Positions 40,604 to 51,113 of a stretch of DNA of 60,832 nucleotides are shown here, in pieces (the first letter of the stretch is position 1; each line of letters opens with the position of its first letter). Below the pieces are notes generated by a model, which saw only the letters and a list, made by a program, of their open reading frames with translations, ran no database searches and was not told the DNA's origin. The DNA lies in the NCBI GenBank assembly GCA_965366055.1, contig CBDUDY010000001.1, forward strand, positions 1 through 60,832, read 5' to 3'. Position numbers and translations under genes: made by a program. This DNA comes from an uncultured bacterium (lineage in GTDB: Bacteria; Bacteroidota; Bacteroidia; Flavobacteriales; Flavobacteriaceae).

Positions 40604-42127
40604 TCAATTTTTATCTGATTCAGAAAACAAATGTAAATACGCCTCAGAAATATTTTCGACAATATCGCCCGCCATCATTGCTTCTTGACCGAGGTTTATT
40701 GCAGTAAAATCTCCTGCTTTTCCGTGCATATAAACGCCAAAAATTGCTGCAGATAATTTGTCATAACCCTGACTAAGCAATCCTGTTATCACGCCAGTTA
40801 ATGCATCGCCACTTCCTGCGGTTCCCATGCCGGGGTTTCCTGTAGTGTTGATGTAGATTTTGTTGTTTTGAATAATCATCGAATTAGCTCCTTTTATTAC
40901 AATAATAAGTTGGTGCTCAGTCGAGAAATTTTTGACTTTTTCAAGTTTGTCATAATCATCTTTCCAGTTTCCGATCAGTCGTTTTAATTCGCCCGGATGA
41001 GGTGTTAGGATTGCAATATTCGAAAGATATTTTAAAACCTCGGGATTTTCTGAAATAATATTCAGCGCATCAGCATCAATTACAAGCGGCACTTTATTGG
41101 TTGAAAAGAATTTTTTTAATGCTTGGACAGTTGCAGGATTTTTTCCCATTCCGATACCGACTCCAATTGCCGAAGGTTCGAAATCTACAGCAATATTTGT
41201 GATGAAATCGTCTTTGGCATCTGCAATTACCATCGCTTCGGGAATGGTAGTTTGCAAAATATTCAAACCACATTTAGGAACAAACGTTGTCACCAATCCA
41301 CAACCAACCCTGAAAGCTGCCTTTGTAGAAAGTACCGTTGAGCCTATTTTGCCGTAACTTCCGCCAATAATTAATGCGTGGCCGTAAGTGTTCTTAAAGC
41401 CAAATTTTTCCCGCGGAATATATAATTTTTGAGATATTCTTCTTGTGACTAAATAGGCGAGAGGTTCTACATTTTCCAAATATTCAGAATCTAAACCAAT
41501 ATCCAAAACATCAAAACTTCCAACATATTTGGCCGTTTCAGGTAAGTAAAATGCAAGTTTTGGAATTTGAAGAGATAGAGTATGATCTGCTTTGAAAATA
41601 GCGCTTGCGTCTGTAATCGCGCTATTGGCAAAAAGACCAGACGGAATATCGATAGCGATTCTATAGGATTTGAAGTTGTTGAGTCGCTGAATAACTTCTT
41701 TCACCCAGCCTTGCGGACTTCGATTAAGACCAATGCCAAAAATCGCATCGATAATTAGATCCTGAGATTTTATTTTCGGAATATCTTTTGCCTTTGTCAG
41801 CATCTGAACCTTTTGGTGCGCGGACTTTTCAAAATGACGTAAATTATAGTCAAAGTCCGCCGAGTGATTATCACTATAATTCACCACATAAACGGCTACG
41901 TCATATTCTTTTTCGTACAGAAGTCGTCCAACGACTAAACCATCGCCGCCATTATTTCCGACTCCGCAGAAAATATGAATAGTATTTGGAGAGTCTTTCA
42001 GCCAACTATCTAGCCATTCAAAAATTTTTGTCCCCGCTCGTTCCATAAGTTCGATGGAACTAATATTCTGCTTTTGCAAAGTGATTGCATCGGCTTGGTG
42101 TATTTGGGTTGGTGAGAGGATTTTCAT
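40604..42127 (-). CDS. nnr: Bifunctional NAD(P)H-hydrate epimerase/dehydratase
   Basis: LMERAG, GNNGGDG, IDAIFGIG, DIPSG, IDADALN, LTPHPGE, GSGDAL. Confidence 0.95.
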   Translation of the reverse strand: MKILSPTQIHQADAITLQKQNISSIELMERAGTKIFEWLDSWLKDSPNTIHIFCGVGNNGGDGLVVGRLLYEKEYDVAVYVVNYSDNHSADFDYNLRHFEKSAHQKVQMLTKAKDIPKIKSQDLIIDAIFGIGLNRSPQGWVKEVIQRLNNFKSYRIAIDIPSGLFANSAITDASAIFKADHTLSLQIPKLAFYLPETAKYVGSFDVLDIGLDSEYLENVEPLAYLVTRRISQKLYIPREKFGFKNTYGHALIIGGSYGKIGSTVLSTKAAFRVGCGLVTTFVPKCGLNILQTTIPEAMVIADAKDDFITNIAVDFEPSAIGVGIGMGKNPATVQALKKFFSTNKVPLVIDADALNIISENPEVLKYLSNIAILTPHPGELKRLIGNWKDDYDKLEKVKNFSTEHQLIIVIKGANSMIIQNNKIYINTTGNPGMGTAGSGDALTGVITGLLSQGYDKLSAAIFGVYMHGKAGDFTAINLGQEAMMAGDIVENISEAYLHLFSESDKN

Positions 42128-42512
42128 GAGCAATTGGCCGTTATTGATTCATAAGAAACTTAAGTAAGTACTTTATCAAATATAATCAATTATTGAAGTT
42201 CGTTGGGGAGATTACTTCCGATTTTAATATAAAAGAAAGATAAGCAAACGCACGCCATTCTAAAAATAGCGCGGCAATCTCATCGATGTTTACACAAGAA
42301 CACAATATTAAAATGTGAAGATTACCCTTGGTCTTTGACACTTGATAAGTATGGTTCTTAACTTAGCAGCGATTATCTGACGGCGATTCAGAAAGCTGAG
42401 CGCGACAGGCTGGAAGTTGATAGCTTTTTGCTCAATAATTTTAATTCGGCTATCCCAAAAATCTAAAAGCTGACCGCTAAAAACCTATTTTTGCAACACA
42501 ACATTATCAACC

Positions 42513-43421
42513 ATGCTCAAGAAACTTCTTGCCAATAAATTCCTCACTCTATTTATCATCGCCATTACTTGGGGATCGTCATTTATACTTATTAAAAAGA
42601 CTCTGCCAGTTTTCGATCCGTTCCAAATTGGCGCTTTCCGAGCGGGTGTTTCAGGACTGCTTTTGGCTTTCATCGGAATTCCTGCATTGCGAAAAATGGC
42701 AACCAAAGATGTTTTATGGATTGGATTATCAGGTTTATTTGGAAATTTCCTCGTAGTCTTCATTTTTCCCTTTGCACAACGGGAAGTCAGCAGTTCATTA
42801 GCGGGAATCATCAACGCACTCGATCCGATATTTACACTATTAATTGGCGCTTTACTTTTCGGAATTAGGAATAAATTAATTCAATATTTAGGCGCCGTTA
42901 TTGGTTTTGCGGGCGCTTTAGTATTAGTATATACTTCTGGATCAGACAGCAGTTCCAATCATTACTTTTACATCGGAATTCTAATTATCGGCGCTGCTCT
43001 ATACGCAATTTCTGCCCTAATTGTCGAGAAAAAATTGATGCACATCTCATCTGTCGACCTCGCGAGTTCCATTTACACCTTTTGGATGCTGCCGTCGCTA
43101 CTTATTTTAATCTTTTCAGGTTTCTTCACCGAAATCGATTTTACCCAGTCCGAAACACTAGAATCCTTGGGTTATTTAGTTTTCCTAACCGTAATCAGCA
43201 CCACTTTGGTAATGTTTTTATTTTTCAAACTCGTTCAAGATACCTCGGCGGTTTTTGCCAGCACAATTTCGCTATTGCTTCCCGTGGTTGCTGTAATCTG
43301 GGGCATTCTCGACGGCGAAAAGTTCACACTTTGGTATGCCCTCGGCGGACTTTTGGTGTTGATTGGCGTTTACTTTATCCGCGACAAAAAGGAAAATAGC
43401 TTGGCAGAAGCTGCGAATTAG
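42513..43421 (+). CDS. DMT/EamA family transporter
   Basis: WGSSFILIK, about 10 TM segments, PVVAVIWGILDGE. Confidence 0.92.
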   Translation: MLKKLLANKFLTLFIIAITWGSSFILIKKTLPVFDPFQIGAFRAGVSGLLLAFIGIPALRKMATKDVLWIGLSGLFGNFLVVFIFPFAQREVSSSLAGIINALDPIFTLLIGALLFGIRNKLIQYLGAVIGFAGALVLVYTSGSDSSSNHYFYIGILIIGAALYAISALIVEKKLMHISSVDLASSIYTFWMLPSLLILIFSGFFTEIDFTQSETLESLGYLVFLTVISTTLVMFLFFKLVQDTSAVFASTISLLLPVVAVIWGILDGEKFTLWYALGGLLVLIGVYFIRDKKENSLAEAAN

Positions 43422-43444
43422 CGTTGATGTTTTCGTTTTTATTT

Positions 43445-43630
43445 GGGCGCAACCTTTCGCCACAACGACTCTCTTAACATTCTACCAACTTTTGGCTCAG
43501 GTCAGGCTGTCCATTATATCTTTGCTGCTAGAAATATTTGTTTTCAAATTTGAAATATTTTGTTGGCAGCAAAGGATGCCATTCCCATCCTTTGCGCGGG
43601 AGTGAGGTTTTCAGAAGGAGTGAAAACCTC
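43445..43630 (+). ncRNA. Structured repeat, Flavo-1-like RNA, copy 2
   Basis: Same conserved blocks as copy 1; 3' hairpin GAGGTTTTCA/TGAAAACCTC. Confidence 0.65.
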
Positions 43631-43928
43631 TTTTAGTACGTGCAAAACTAAATTTAAGATTTTATATCACTTATCATTCTTTAAGATTTGCAAAAAATTT
43701 TGTCGGCTAATCAAATTTGATTGATTCTCCCCATAGCGATCGAGATCGCAATGACGCTGTTTTGTGTGGAAGTGTGGCCGAGGAAAGTGACGCACTTCAT
43801 TACGAGCGCAGCGTTGGCGATCGCATTTGTATGTCACCCACGCGAAGCTTATCGAAATTTTTTTCTAAATTCTTTCCGACGGTTAAAGCGCCTGGAAAAC
43901 CAAGTCATGATTTATAAACTTAATCCCA

Positions 43929-44010
43929 TAGCCCTGATGGGAACGGCATCCTTTGCCTTTTTTCTCTTTAGAAAAAGGCAAAGATATAGTGGACAGCAGG
44001 AAATAGCTCC
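43929..44010 (-). ncRNA. Short variant of the Flavo-1-like repeat, copy 4
   Basis: Reverse complement GGAGCTATTTCCTGCTGTCCACTATATCTTTGCC...GGCAAAGGATGCCGTTCCCATCAGGGCTA shares the core. Confidence 0.6.
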
Positions 44011-44063
44011 AAATAACAATCATCGTAAAACTCCTGATTTCCTTCTAAACTTTCCTCATTAAA

Positions 44064-44804
44064 TCACTTTTCAAACACAAATTCCTGTCGTTGAACTTGG
44101 GTCTTGCTGCAAATTTCATCAAATTCTTCCACCGATTTAAACTTCAATTGCTCTACAACTTTGAATTCGTAAAACACCTTGAAAGTATCATTCTTGAAAG
44201 GCCATGGATCTACGGAAATTACGTTTTGGGATTTATAAAAAGTTTGGTTGACAATGCCATCTGGAGTTTCGGAAATCTCCATCTTGCGACCTTCAGGTTG
44301 AATTTTATCCATACAAATTAGTAAGGAAAACGCATCGCACCACTCCACAAATCGGTATAAACGCTCGGCATATTTCGCATCAATATCCAAATTTTTCAAA
44401 ATGTCCTTGCGGTTTTTTTCCTGCGCTTTCAGAAAGGCATTGAGGTCTTTGTCTGGACCACCTTTCTTCTCATCAAAAATAAAATCAATATGCATCGAGG
44501 TCATTAAAGCGTTAATCTGACTTTTGGAAGTTGCTTTTTCCATCACGCTTAATTGCTGCTTTAGATCTGTCGTATTCGATTCGTCATCTACTAAGAAATG
44601 CCTTGGCGCGCCTGCATCCGTAAGGTTTTTGTTTGCCAAAGTTTCGGCTATACCATCATCGTGCTCGGCAATAGCAATGAAAGTCGGGACCAAAATTTCG
44701 TTGGGCAGATCGATGTCAAATTGATAAGCCAACATCGCAGCTAGCAAGCCGTGAGAACGTTGGGTGATAATTTTCCAACCTTTGGTATGGGAAGCAACAA
44801 TCAT
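44064..44804 (-). CDS. DUF3891 family protein
   Basis: GWKIITQRSHGLLA, AIAEHDDG, SMH, WCDAFSL, VDPWPF. Confidence 0.8.
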   Translation of the reverse strand: MIVASHTKGWKIITQRSHGLLAAMLAYQFDIDLPNEILVPTFIAIAEHDDGIAETLANKNLTDAGAPRHFLVDDESNTTDLKQQLSVMEKATSKSQINALMTSMHIDFIFDEKKGGPDKDLNAFLKAQEKNRKDILKNLDIDAKYAERLYRFVEWCDAFSLLICMDKIQPEGRKMEISETPDGIVNQTFYKSQNVISVDPWPFKNDTFKVFYEFKVVEQLKFKSVEEFDEICSKTQVQRQEFVFEK

Positions 44805-44936
44805 TAGGAAAAAGTTTTAAAAGTTGAAAATTTTGAGTAAAAAGAACTGTATTTAAACTCGGAAGCATTTCAAATATAATAAAAGTTTTTTTCAAGTTAC
44901 AGAGAATCGTTGTCTAAAAAAATAAGTCTAATTCTC

Positions 44937-44948
44937 AGGGTTTACCCT
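44937..44948. promoter_or_regulatory. Conserved near-palindrome upstream of S8 protease 1
   Basis: AGGGTTTACCCT, about 300 bp before the ATG; repeated before paralog 2. Confidence 0.45.
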
Positions 44949-45236
44949 AATTCAGAGAATTGTGTTTTAGTCTTATTATGTACAAAAAACTTTCTTCAAG
45001 AGGTTGAAATGTACTTTTGAACGGATATAATGGTCTTATAACGTTTAAAGAACCTAATATTTAAACTAATCAATACATTAATTTATAGGTAAAATAATAA
45101 TTTATTGTTGTCAAATGCGCTTTTTTTCATTCTTAATGGAAACAGAAAGTCACTTATTAAACTGTTGCATAGTACTTCTTAATAAATAAGTTTTTACTTC
45201 AAAAATTTCTAGTGTATAAATTTAAAAACAAAAAAG

Positions 45237-46790
45237 ATGAAATTAATTACTATCTGTTTTATGGCTTTGGTAACTACGATAGTTGTTGCCCAAGAAAATA
45301 ATTTTTCCTCCACCGAAATTGTTGTGGAACTAAAAGCTGACTACACGGCTAAGATTTTTTGTAAGGACAGTCGAGTCAAGCAAATTAATGATTCTCTCAA
45401 TCTAAAATCTTATACTGTTGTCGGTAATAAGAAATTGAAGAGAACATACCTTTTAAAATTTAAAAATGAGGTGGATGTCAAATCTGTAATTGAGGTTTAT
45501 AAAAGAACAAATGCTTTCCGATTTGTAGAGCCAAACTTTATCGGGAATGGCCACGGTATGATGCAAACTTCGCCTAATGATTCGAACTTTTTCAGACAAT
45601 GGTCGCATGTTAATAACGCAAGCTTTACGCTTTCTGCAGCAACCAACGACGCGGACATCGATACTGATTTAGCTTGGGATATTACACAAGGAGATCCCAA
45701 TCTGATTGTGGCAGTCTTGGATTCAGGATTACGAATGAATCATCCAGAATTTGCGGGAAGATTAGTTCCTGGCTTCGATTTTGCCAACAATGATCCCGAT
45801 CCTACTGACGATCATGGACATGGTACAAATGTCGCTGGTATTATTCTGGCAAAAGGCGATAATTCTATTGGATATGCCGGAGTGAATTGGAACTCGAAAA
45901 TTATGATTTGCAAGATATTGAACAGTCAAAATCAAGGCTATTACAGTTGGTGGGCAGACGGCATTTATTATGCAGTTGACAATGGTGCCAAAGTGATTAA
46001 TATGTCAGTAGGTGGTGCGAGTTCATCGACCTTGCTCGAAGATGCCATAAATTATGCTTTTAGTAATGGTGTAAGTGTAACTGTTTCTTCAGGAAATCAA
46101 AATTCGGTGATTCAATATCCAGCACAGTATGCTAATGCGATTGCTGTGGGTTCAACAAATCCGAATGATACACGAACGAGCCCATTTTTTTGGGACGTGA
46201 ATAGCGGAAGTAATTTTGGTGCAGAATTAGATTTTGTTGCACCTGGAAATTACATCTATGGATTGAGTTATAATTCAGACACTTATTATAATTCCTATTG
46301 GGGCGGTACTTCGCAAGCAGCTCCAATGGTAGCGGGAGTTATATCGCTGATGCTATCGGTAAATCCAGCATTGACGCCCACTCAGATTCGGCAGATTTTG
46401 GAGCAGACTTCAGAAGATCAAGTTGGTGATGCTTTTGATACTCCGGGCTGGGATCAATATTATGGTCACGGCAGGATCAATGCATTTGCTGCGCTTTCAA
46501 GTCCATTGTTATCTAATACGAAATACTATACTGAATCAAGTAGTATTAAAATTTTTCCAAATCCCATTTCTACTGAAAATATCTTCTCCATTAATGGCTT
46601 AAATCCTAGTGATCACTATGATTTAAAAGTTGTTTCGTTAGAAGGCAAAGTGGTAAAAGAGTTGAAGAATAAAATGTCTGAAGATATTTCAAAAATCGAG
46701 GTCAGCAATATGCAATCAGGCATCTACTTTGTAAATATTTCCAATTTAGATAATCAATTGGTGTTTAATAAGAAGATAATCAAAAAATGA
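45237..46790 (+). CDS. S8 subtilisin-like serine peptidase with T9SS C-terminal domain, paralog 1
   Basis: Signal peptide; VLDSG, HGT, GTSQAAP triad; IFPNP...GIYFV...KKIIKK. Confidence 0.95.
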   Translation: MKLITICFMALVTTIVVAQENNFSSTEIVVELKADYTAKIFCKDSRVKQINDSLNLKSYTVVGNKKLKRTYLLKFKNEVDVKSVIEVYKRTNAFRFVEPNFIGNGHGMMQTSPNDSNFFRQWSHVNNASFTLSAATNDADIDTDLAWDITQGDPNLIVAVLDSGLRMNHPEFAGRLVPGFDFANNDPDPTDDHGHGTNVAGIILAKGDNSIGYAGVNWNSKIMICKILNSQNQGYYSWWADGIYYAVDNGAKVINMSVGGASSSTLLEDAINYAFSNGVSVTVSSGNQNSVIQYPAQYANAIAVGSTNPNDTRTSPFFWDVNSGSNFGAELDFVAPGNYIYGLSYNSDTYYNSYWGGTSQAAPMVAGVISLMLSVNPALTPTQIRQILEQTSEDQVGDAFDTPGWDQYYGHGRINAFAALSSPLLSNTKYYTESSSIKIFPNPISTENIFSINGLNPSDHYDLKVVSLEGKVVKELKNKMSEDISKIEVSNMQSGIYFVNISNLDNQLVFNKKIIKK

Positions 46791-47201
46791 ATATTTTAGT
46801 TAAAAACACGCTCGCAAGCAGGTGTTAAATTATTAGAATAGTTTTTTTTGACCACATAACTTTTCGTGTGAGATGAAGGTCTTGATTAAGATTTTATTGT
46901 TTTAAATAGAAGTAGATTTAGAAAATCGATAGTGAAGCAACTTCAATTTTACCAAGGATCTTGAAAAAATATTTCTATTTTAAAATAAGACTTCATTTAG
47001 TGAAAAGATTGTGGTTCTTTAGTCAATTATGTAATTATATGGATGATTTTTTGTGGATCAAATTACATTAGTATAAAATAGTTGAAAAATTACTGGTATG
47101 CTTTAAAACGAGAAAAGATTTTGATTCCTTGTTAGCGTGACTCAAAATTAATCTTGTTGAATTTAGTCTTACATTAATTTGATAAACTCCTCAAAAAAGT
47201 A

Positions 47202-47213
47202 GGGGTTTACCCT
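47202..47213. promoter_or_regulatory. Conserved near-palindrome upstream of S8 protease 2
   Basis: GGGGTTTACCCT, about 304 bp before the ATG. Confidence 0.45.
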
Positions 47214-47505
47214 GATATAGCTCAAATGTTAGTATGACTTTAAAATGTTAATTTGGAATTATAAGAATTAAAAAGCATCTTTTAAATAGATATAACTGCA
47301 ATATGCCGTGAAAATAACCAAGTTTTCAAACTTATCAATAGCTTTAATTTGATCGTAAAAGCCCAATTTATAGGAATATAATGCGCTAGTTATTCTGTCT
47401 TAAGCTTAATAGGATAAACAATTTCAAAAGCGTTTTTGAGTGCTTTTCAACAAACTAATATTTTAATTTTAGATCGAAATTACCTCAACCTTAAAAACAA
47501 AAAAG

Positions 47506-49059
47506 ATGAAACTATTTACTATATTTTTTATGATTTGTATGACTACGATTTGTGGTGCTCAACAAAACAAGTTTTCTACTAACGAAATTGTGGTGGAACT
47601 AAAAGCGGATTATTCTTCTAGGATTTTTCTAAATGATAACCGCGTGCAGAAGATCAATGATTCTTTAAATCTACAATCATTTACTGCAATAGGTAATATG
47701 AAAGAAATGAGAACATACGTTTTAAAATTTGGTAATGATGTGGATGTAAAATCTGTGATTAAAGTTTACAAAAACACCAACGTTTTTAGATATGTTGAGC
47801 CAAATTTTATTGGAAAAGGACTTGGTGTGCGACAAACCGCTGCGAATGATCAGTATTATTCTAGACAATGGTATCATAATAACAACTCTACTTTTACAGA
47901 ATCACCATCAACAAATGATGCCGATATCGATACTGATCTGGCTTGGGATATTACTCTAGGCGATCCAAATATAATTGTTGCGATATTAGACACAGGTGTG
48001 AAGTTAGATCATCCCGAATTTGCTGGGAGAATAGTGCCGGGTTATGACTTTGCCTATAGTGATACAGATCCAAGCGATGATGATGGCCACGGAACTTGCG
48101 TAGCTGCTATAGCGTTAGCCAAAGGGAATAATTCGATAGGATATGCAGGTATAAATTGGAACTCCAAAATTATGAGCTGTAAAGTTATAAATAACAATGG
48201 ATATGGATATTATACTTGGTGGGCAAGTGCAATTTATTATGCTGTAGAGAATGGAGCAGATGTGATTAATATGTCTGTTGGCGGAGAAGATTACTCAACC
48301 TTGCTAGAAGATGCGGTTAATTACGCCTACAATAATGGTGTATGTATTGTTGCTGCAACAGGAAATGGAAACACTTTTGTAAACTTTCCCGCATACTTTA
48401 CAAATGTTATTGCTGTAGGCTCAACGAATCCAGATGACACTAGGTCAAATCCATTTCCTTGGAATGTGAATAGTGGTAGTAATTATGGGCCTGAGTTAGA
48501 TCTAGTGGCACCAGGTAGTTTCATATATACTTTAAGTCACAATTCCGATACAGATTACGAGGGCTATTGGAGCGGTACTTCGCAAGCTGCACCAATGGTT
48601 GCGGGAGTGATTTCGCTGATGCTTTCTGTAAATCCAGCTTTGACACCAACTCAGATTCGGCAGATTCTAGAGCAGACTTCAGAGGATCAGGTTGGTGATG
48701 CATTTGATACGCCCGGCTGGGATCAATATTATGGACACGGCAGAATTAATGCTTTTGCTGCACTTTCAAGCCCTCTGTTATCCAACACCAAATACTACAC
48801 GGAATCTACAAATATCAAAGTTTTTCCTAATCCAGTTACGAGCGAAAACTCATTTGCTATAAGTGGTTTGAATTCAAATAATCGTTATGATATTAAAATT
48901 ACATCATTGGAAGGCAAGGTTGTTAAAGAGCTGAAAAACAAACTAGCTGATGAGGTTTTAAAAATTGAAGTCGGTGGTATGCATTCTGGGATTTACTTTG
49001 TCAATATCGCAAATTTGGATAATAAGCTAGTGTTCAATAAGAAGATAATTAAAAATTAA
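47506..49059 (+). CDS. S8 subtilisin-like serine peptidase with T9SS C-terminal domain, paralog 2
   Basis: ILDTG, HGT, GTSQAAP; VFPNP...KKIIKN; same length (517 aa) as paralog 1. Confidence 0.95.
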   Translation: MKLFTIFFMICMTTICGAQQNKFSTNEIVVELKADYSSRIFLNDNRVQKINDSLNLQSFTAIGNMKEMRTYVLKFGNDVDVKSVIKVYKNTNVFRYVEPNFIGKGLGVRQTAANDQYYSRQWYHNNNSTFTESPSTNDADIDTDLAWDITLGDPNIIVAILDTGVKLDHPEFAGRIVPGYDFAYSDTDPSDDDGHGTCVAAIALAKGNNSIGYAGINWNSKIMSCKVINNNGYGYYTWWASAIYYAVENGADVINMSVGGEDYSTLLEDAVNYAYNNGVCIVAATGNGNTFVNFPAYFTNVIAVGSTNPDDTRSNPFPWNVNSGSNYGPELDLVAPGSFIYTLSHNSDTDYEGYWSGTSQAAPMVAGVISLMLSVNPALTPTQIRQILEQTSEDQVGDAFDTPGWDQYYGHGRINAFAALSSPLLSNTKYYTESTNIKVFPNPVTSENSFAISGLNSNNRYDIKITSLEGKVVKELKNKLADEVLKIEVGGMHSGIYFVNIANLDNKLVFNKKIIKN

Positions 49060-49071
49060 ATAATTTAAAAG

Positions 49072-49097
49072 AAACCCGCTCACTAGGCGGGTTTTTT
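49072..49097 (+). terminator. Intrinsic terminator
   Basis: AAACCCGC...GCGGGTTTTTT. Confidence 0.85.
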
Positions 49098-49195
49098 ACT
49101 TTACAAAATAGTTTTTGAGTGCAGTAGCTTTTGCTGAAAAAGTATGTTTGAAGTGAAATTTTATAATTCAATATTAAACAAGCAACTGCATTGAT

Positions 49196-49847
49196 TTTAA
49201 GCATCTCAAACTTATATTTCTATTGGTAATCACCTCTTTGTCTTATGCTCAAAAATTTGTAGGTTTTGGCGGTTTCGGTCTTTATTTGGACAATACTTTT
49301 GATAATCGTAGCTATCTTTCTGCTAATCTTGTTTTTAGAATAAAATATTACCAATTATTTAAAACCAGAAGTGCGAGTTGAATACTTCTTAGGAACGATA
49401 ACTGAAATAGCAACCTTTAATGAGGCATTTGTGGAGATGGAACTTTTCAACAGAAATGTTTCGGCTATCGTGGTTGGCATTTCTCCAAAATTAAATTTAA
49501 GCGAAAAAGATGAAACTGTGCAATTTTAAATTATTCCAGTATACAATTTAACTACTGTCTTCGCTGATGCCAATGTTATTTCTTTGCAAACCGAGGCCAA
49601 TAGTTACCGACAGACTGATAATGAGAGCGTGACTGCCGTTCAACATTCTTTAGGAAGTGGATTAGAAGTACTTCTAAAAATTGAAAGTGCTACTTATCAA
49701 GCAATTTCTTTGAAACTAAATTACAACAACCTAGATATTGGAAAAGCTTTGGCTAAAATTGATTTTAACCGATGTGCTTTCCATACCAATCGAGCATTTG
49801 GTATGCGAATCAAATACTGCTTTGGATTTGCGAGTAATGAGAAATAG
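49196..49847 (+). pseudogene. Degraded exported/outer-membrane protein gene
   Basis: Signal-like KHLKLIFLLVITSLSYAQKFVGFGGFG..., frameshift near 49335, internal stop near 49528, continues into the 49584-49847 ORF. Confidence 0.55.
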
Positions 49848-50807
49848 TAAGATTAGTTGCTTCTATTGTTTTTTGAAAAGACATGAATTGGAAACAATGA
49901 ATTTTTACAAGTAAGATATCAAGAATAATTATGCATGGCCTAGCTCAGATCACCGCACTTCATAAACCTTAATGCATTACTATTTTTTTTGCTAAAGACT
50001 AAAGCTGATAAACAACATGAAAAAAAGCAGCAAACATTTTACGTAATATTCACCTCTCGATAGTAACTTCATAGGGCCGATCTTTTTAAGATCATGTCAA
50101 AATGTGCCAATTGTAATACATTGTTTTTTATGGTAGCAATCGTTTTTTTTACTATTTCTGTCGTTTTTGATCTGTTTTGAATAGAGTAAATAAATATTTT
50201 TTAAAACAGTTCAATTCGATATTTTAGGTAAGGCAATAATTTCAATTGCATAAATTCATTTGTTGTGTACCAGGATGTGCTTTAAATAGATAAGATAAAT
50301 TTTGAACTGAACAGCTTTTAATTATACAGTCAAACTATATTAAAAATTTCGCCCCTTTGCCGTAAAGTAGCAATCACGTAATTTAAACTGAAAGTGTTTC
50401 TAATTAGTTATAGTTATTTTTACCAAAATATAAAAAATTGAAGCATTGCTGTAAGTGGCATATTAACTTGTTAATAATCATTAAGCTACTATTTATTTGA
50501 GTTTTTAGATATCTTACAAACATTAATACTTTAGTGTTTTAAAAATTTGCTTAAATTTTTTAAACTGCTTAGAAACAGCAGTTGAAACATTATATTACAA
50601 TATTAGCTGATAAACCTTACATTTTTAATTAAATTAACAATAAATAAGACAATAATTAGCTAAAATGTGTTAAATTTTATGTATTTTTATGAATAGTAGG
50701 AGCTTTTCTTACGAATCATAGTCAATGTTAAAAGTTGTTTTTGTTTCAAAGTAATAATAATGTAAGTGATAGTATTTAATTAATAGGAGAAGTGCAATGA
50801 ACGAGAA

Positions 50808-51113
50808 GTGCAACGGAAACTAAAGAGTTTTAAAAGGACGCTGGAATACTCTCAAGAGTATATTGCCTACCAATTGGGCATAAGCCAAAAGACATATTCA
50901 GTTATTGAACAAGGCAAAATTAAAATTAGTACAGAGTTAATTTTTAGACTTGCAAAAATTCTTAAAGTTCCATCAAGTAGTTTGATTGAAGTCACTTGTG
51001 ATTGTGACTCCATAATTAAGGATAAGTACTCGGCCTTAATAAAATATCTAACAGATCAGAATGTCAAAGTGCCAAGCGAGTTTTTAATACTAATTACTAC
51101 ACTTTTGGTATAA
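50808..51113 (+). CDS. XRE-family helix-turn-helix regulator
   Basis: YSQEYIAYQLGISQKTYSVIEQG...LAKIL. Confidence 0.88.
   Translation: MQRKLKSFKRTLEYSQEYIAYQLGISQKTYSVIEQGKIKISTELIFRLAKILKVPSSSLIEVTCDCDSIIKDKYSALIKYLTDQNVKVPSEFLILITTLLV

Noticed and set aside
43717..44062. ORFs of 66 and 113 aa
   Set aside because: They span REP-like and Flavo-1-like repeats, have weak starts and show no protein features
49850..50780. Possible further pseudogene in the long AT-rich gap
   Set aside because: Short coding-like stretches on the minus strand, but no family could be recognised
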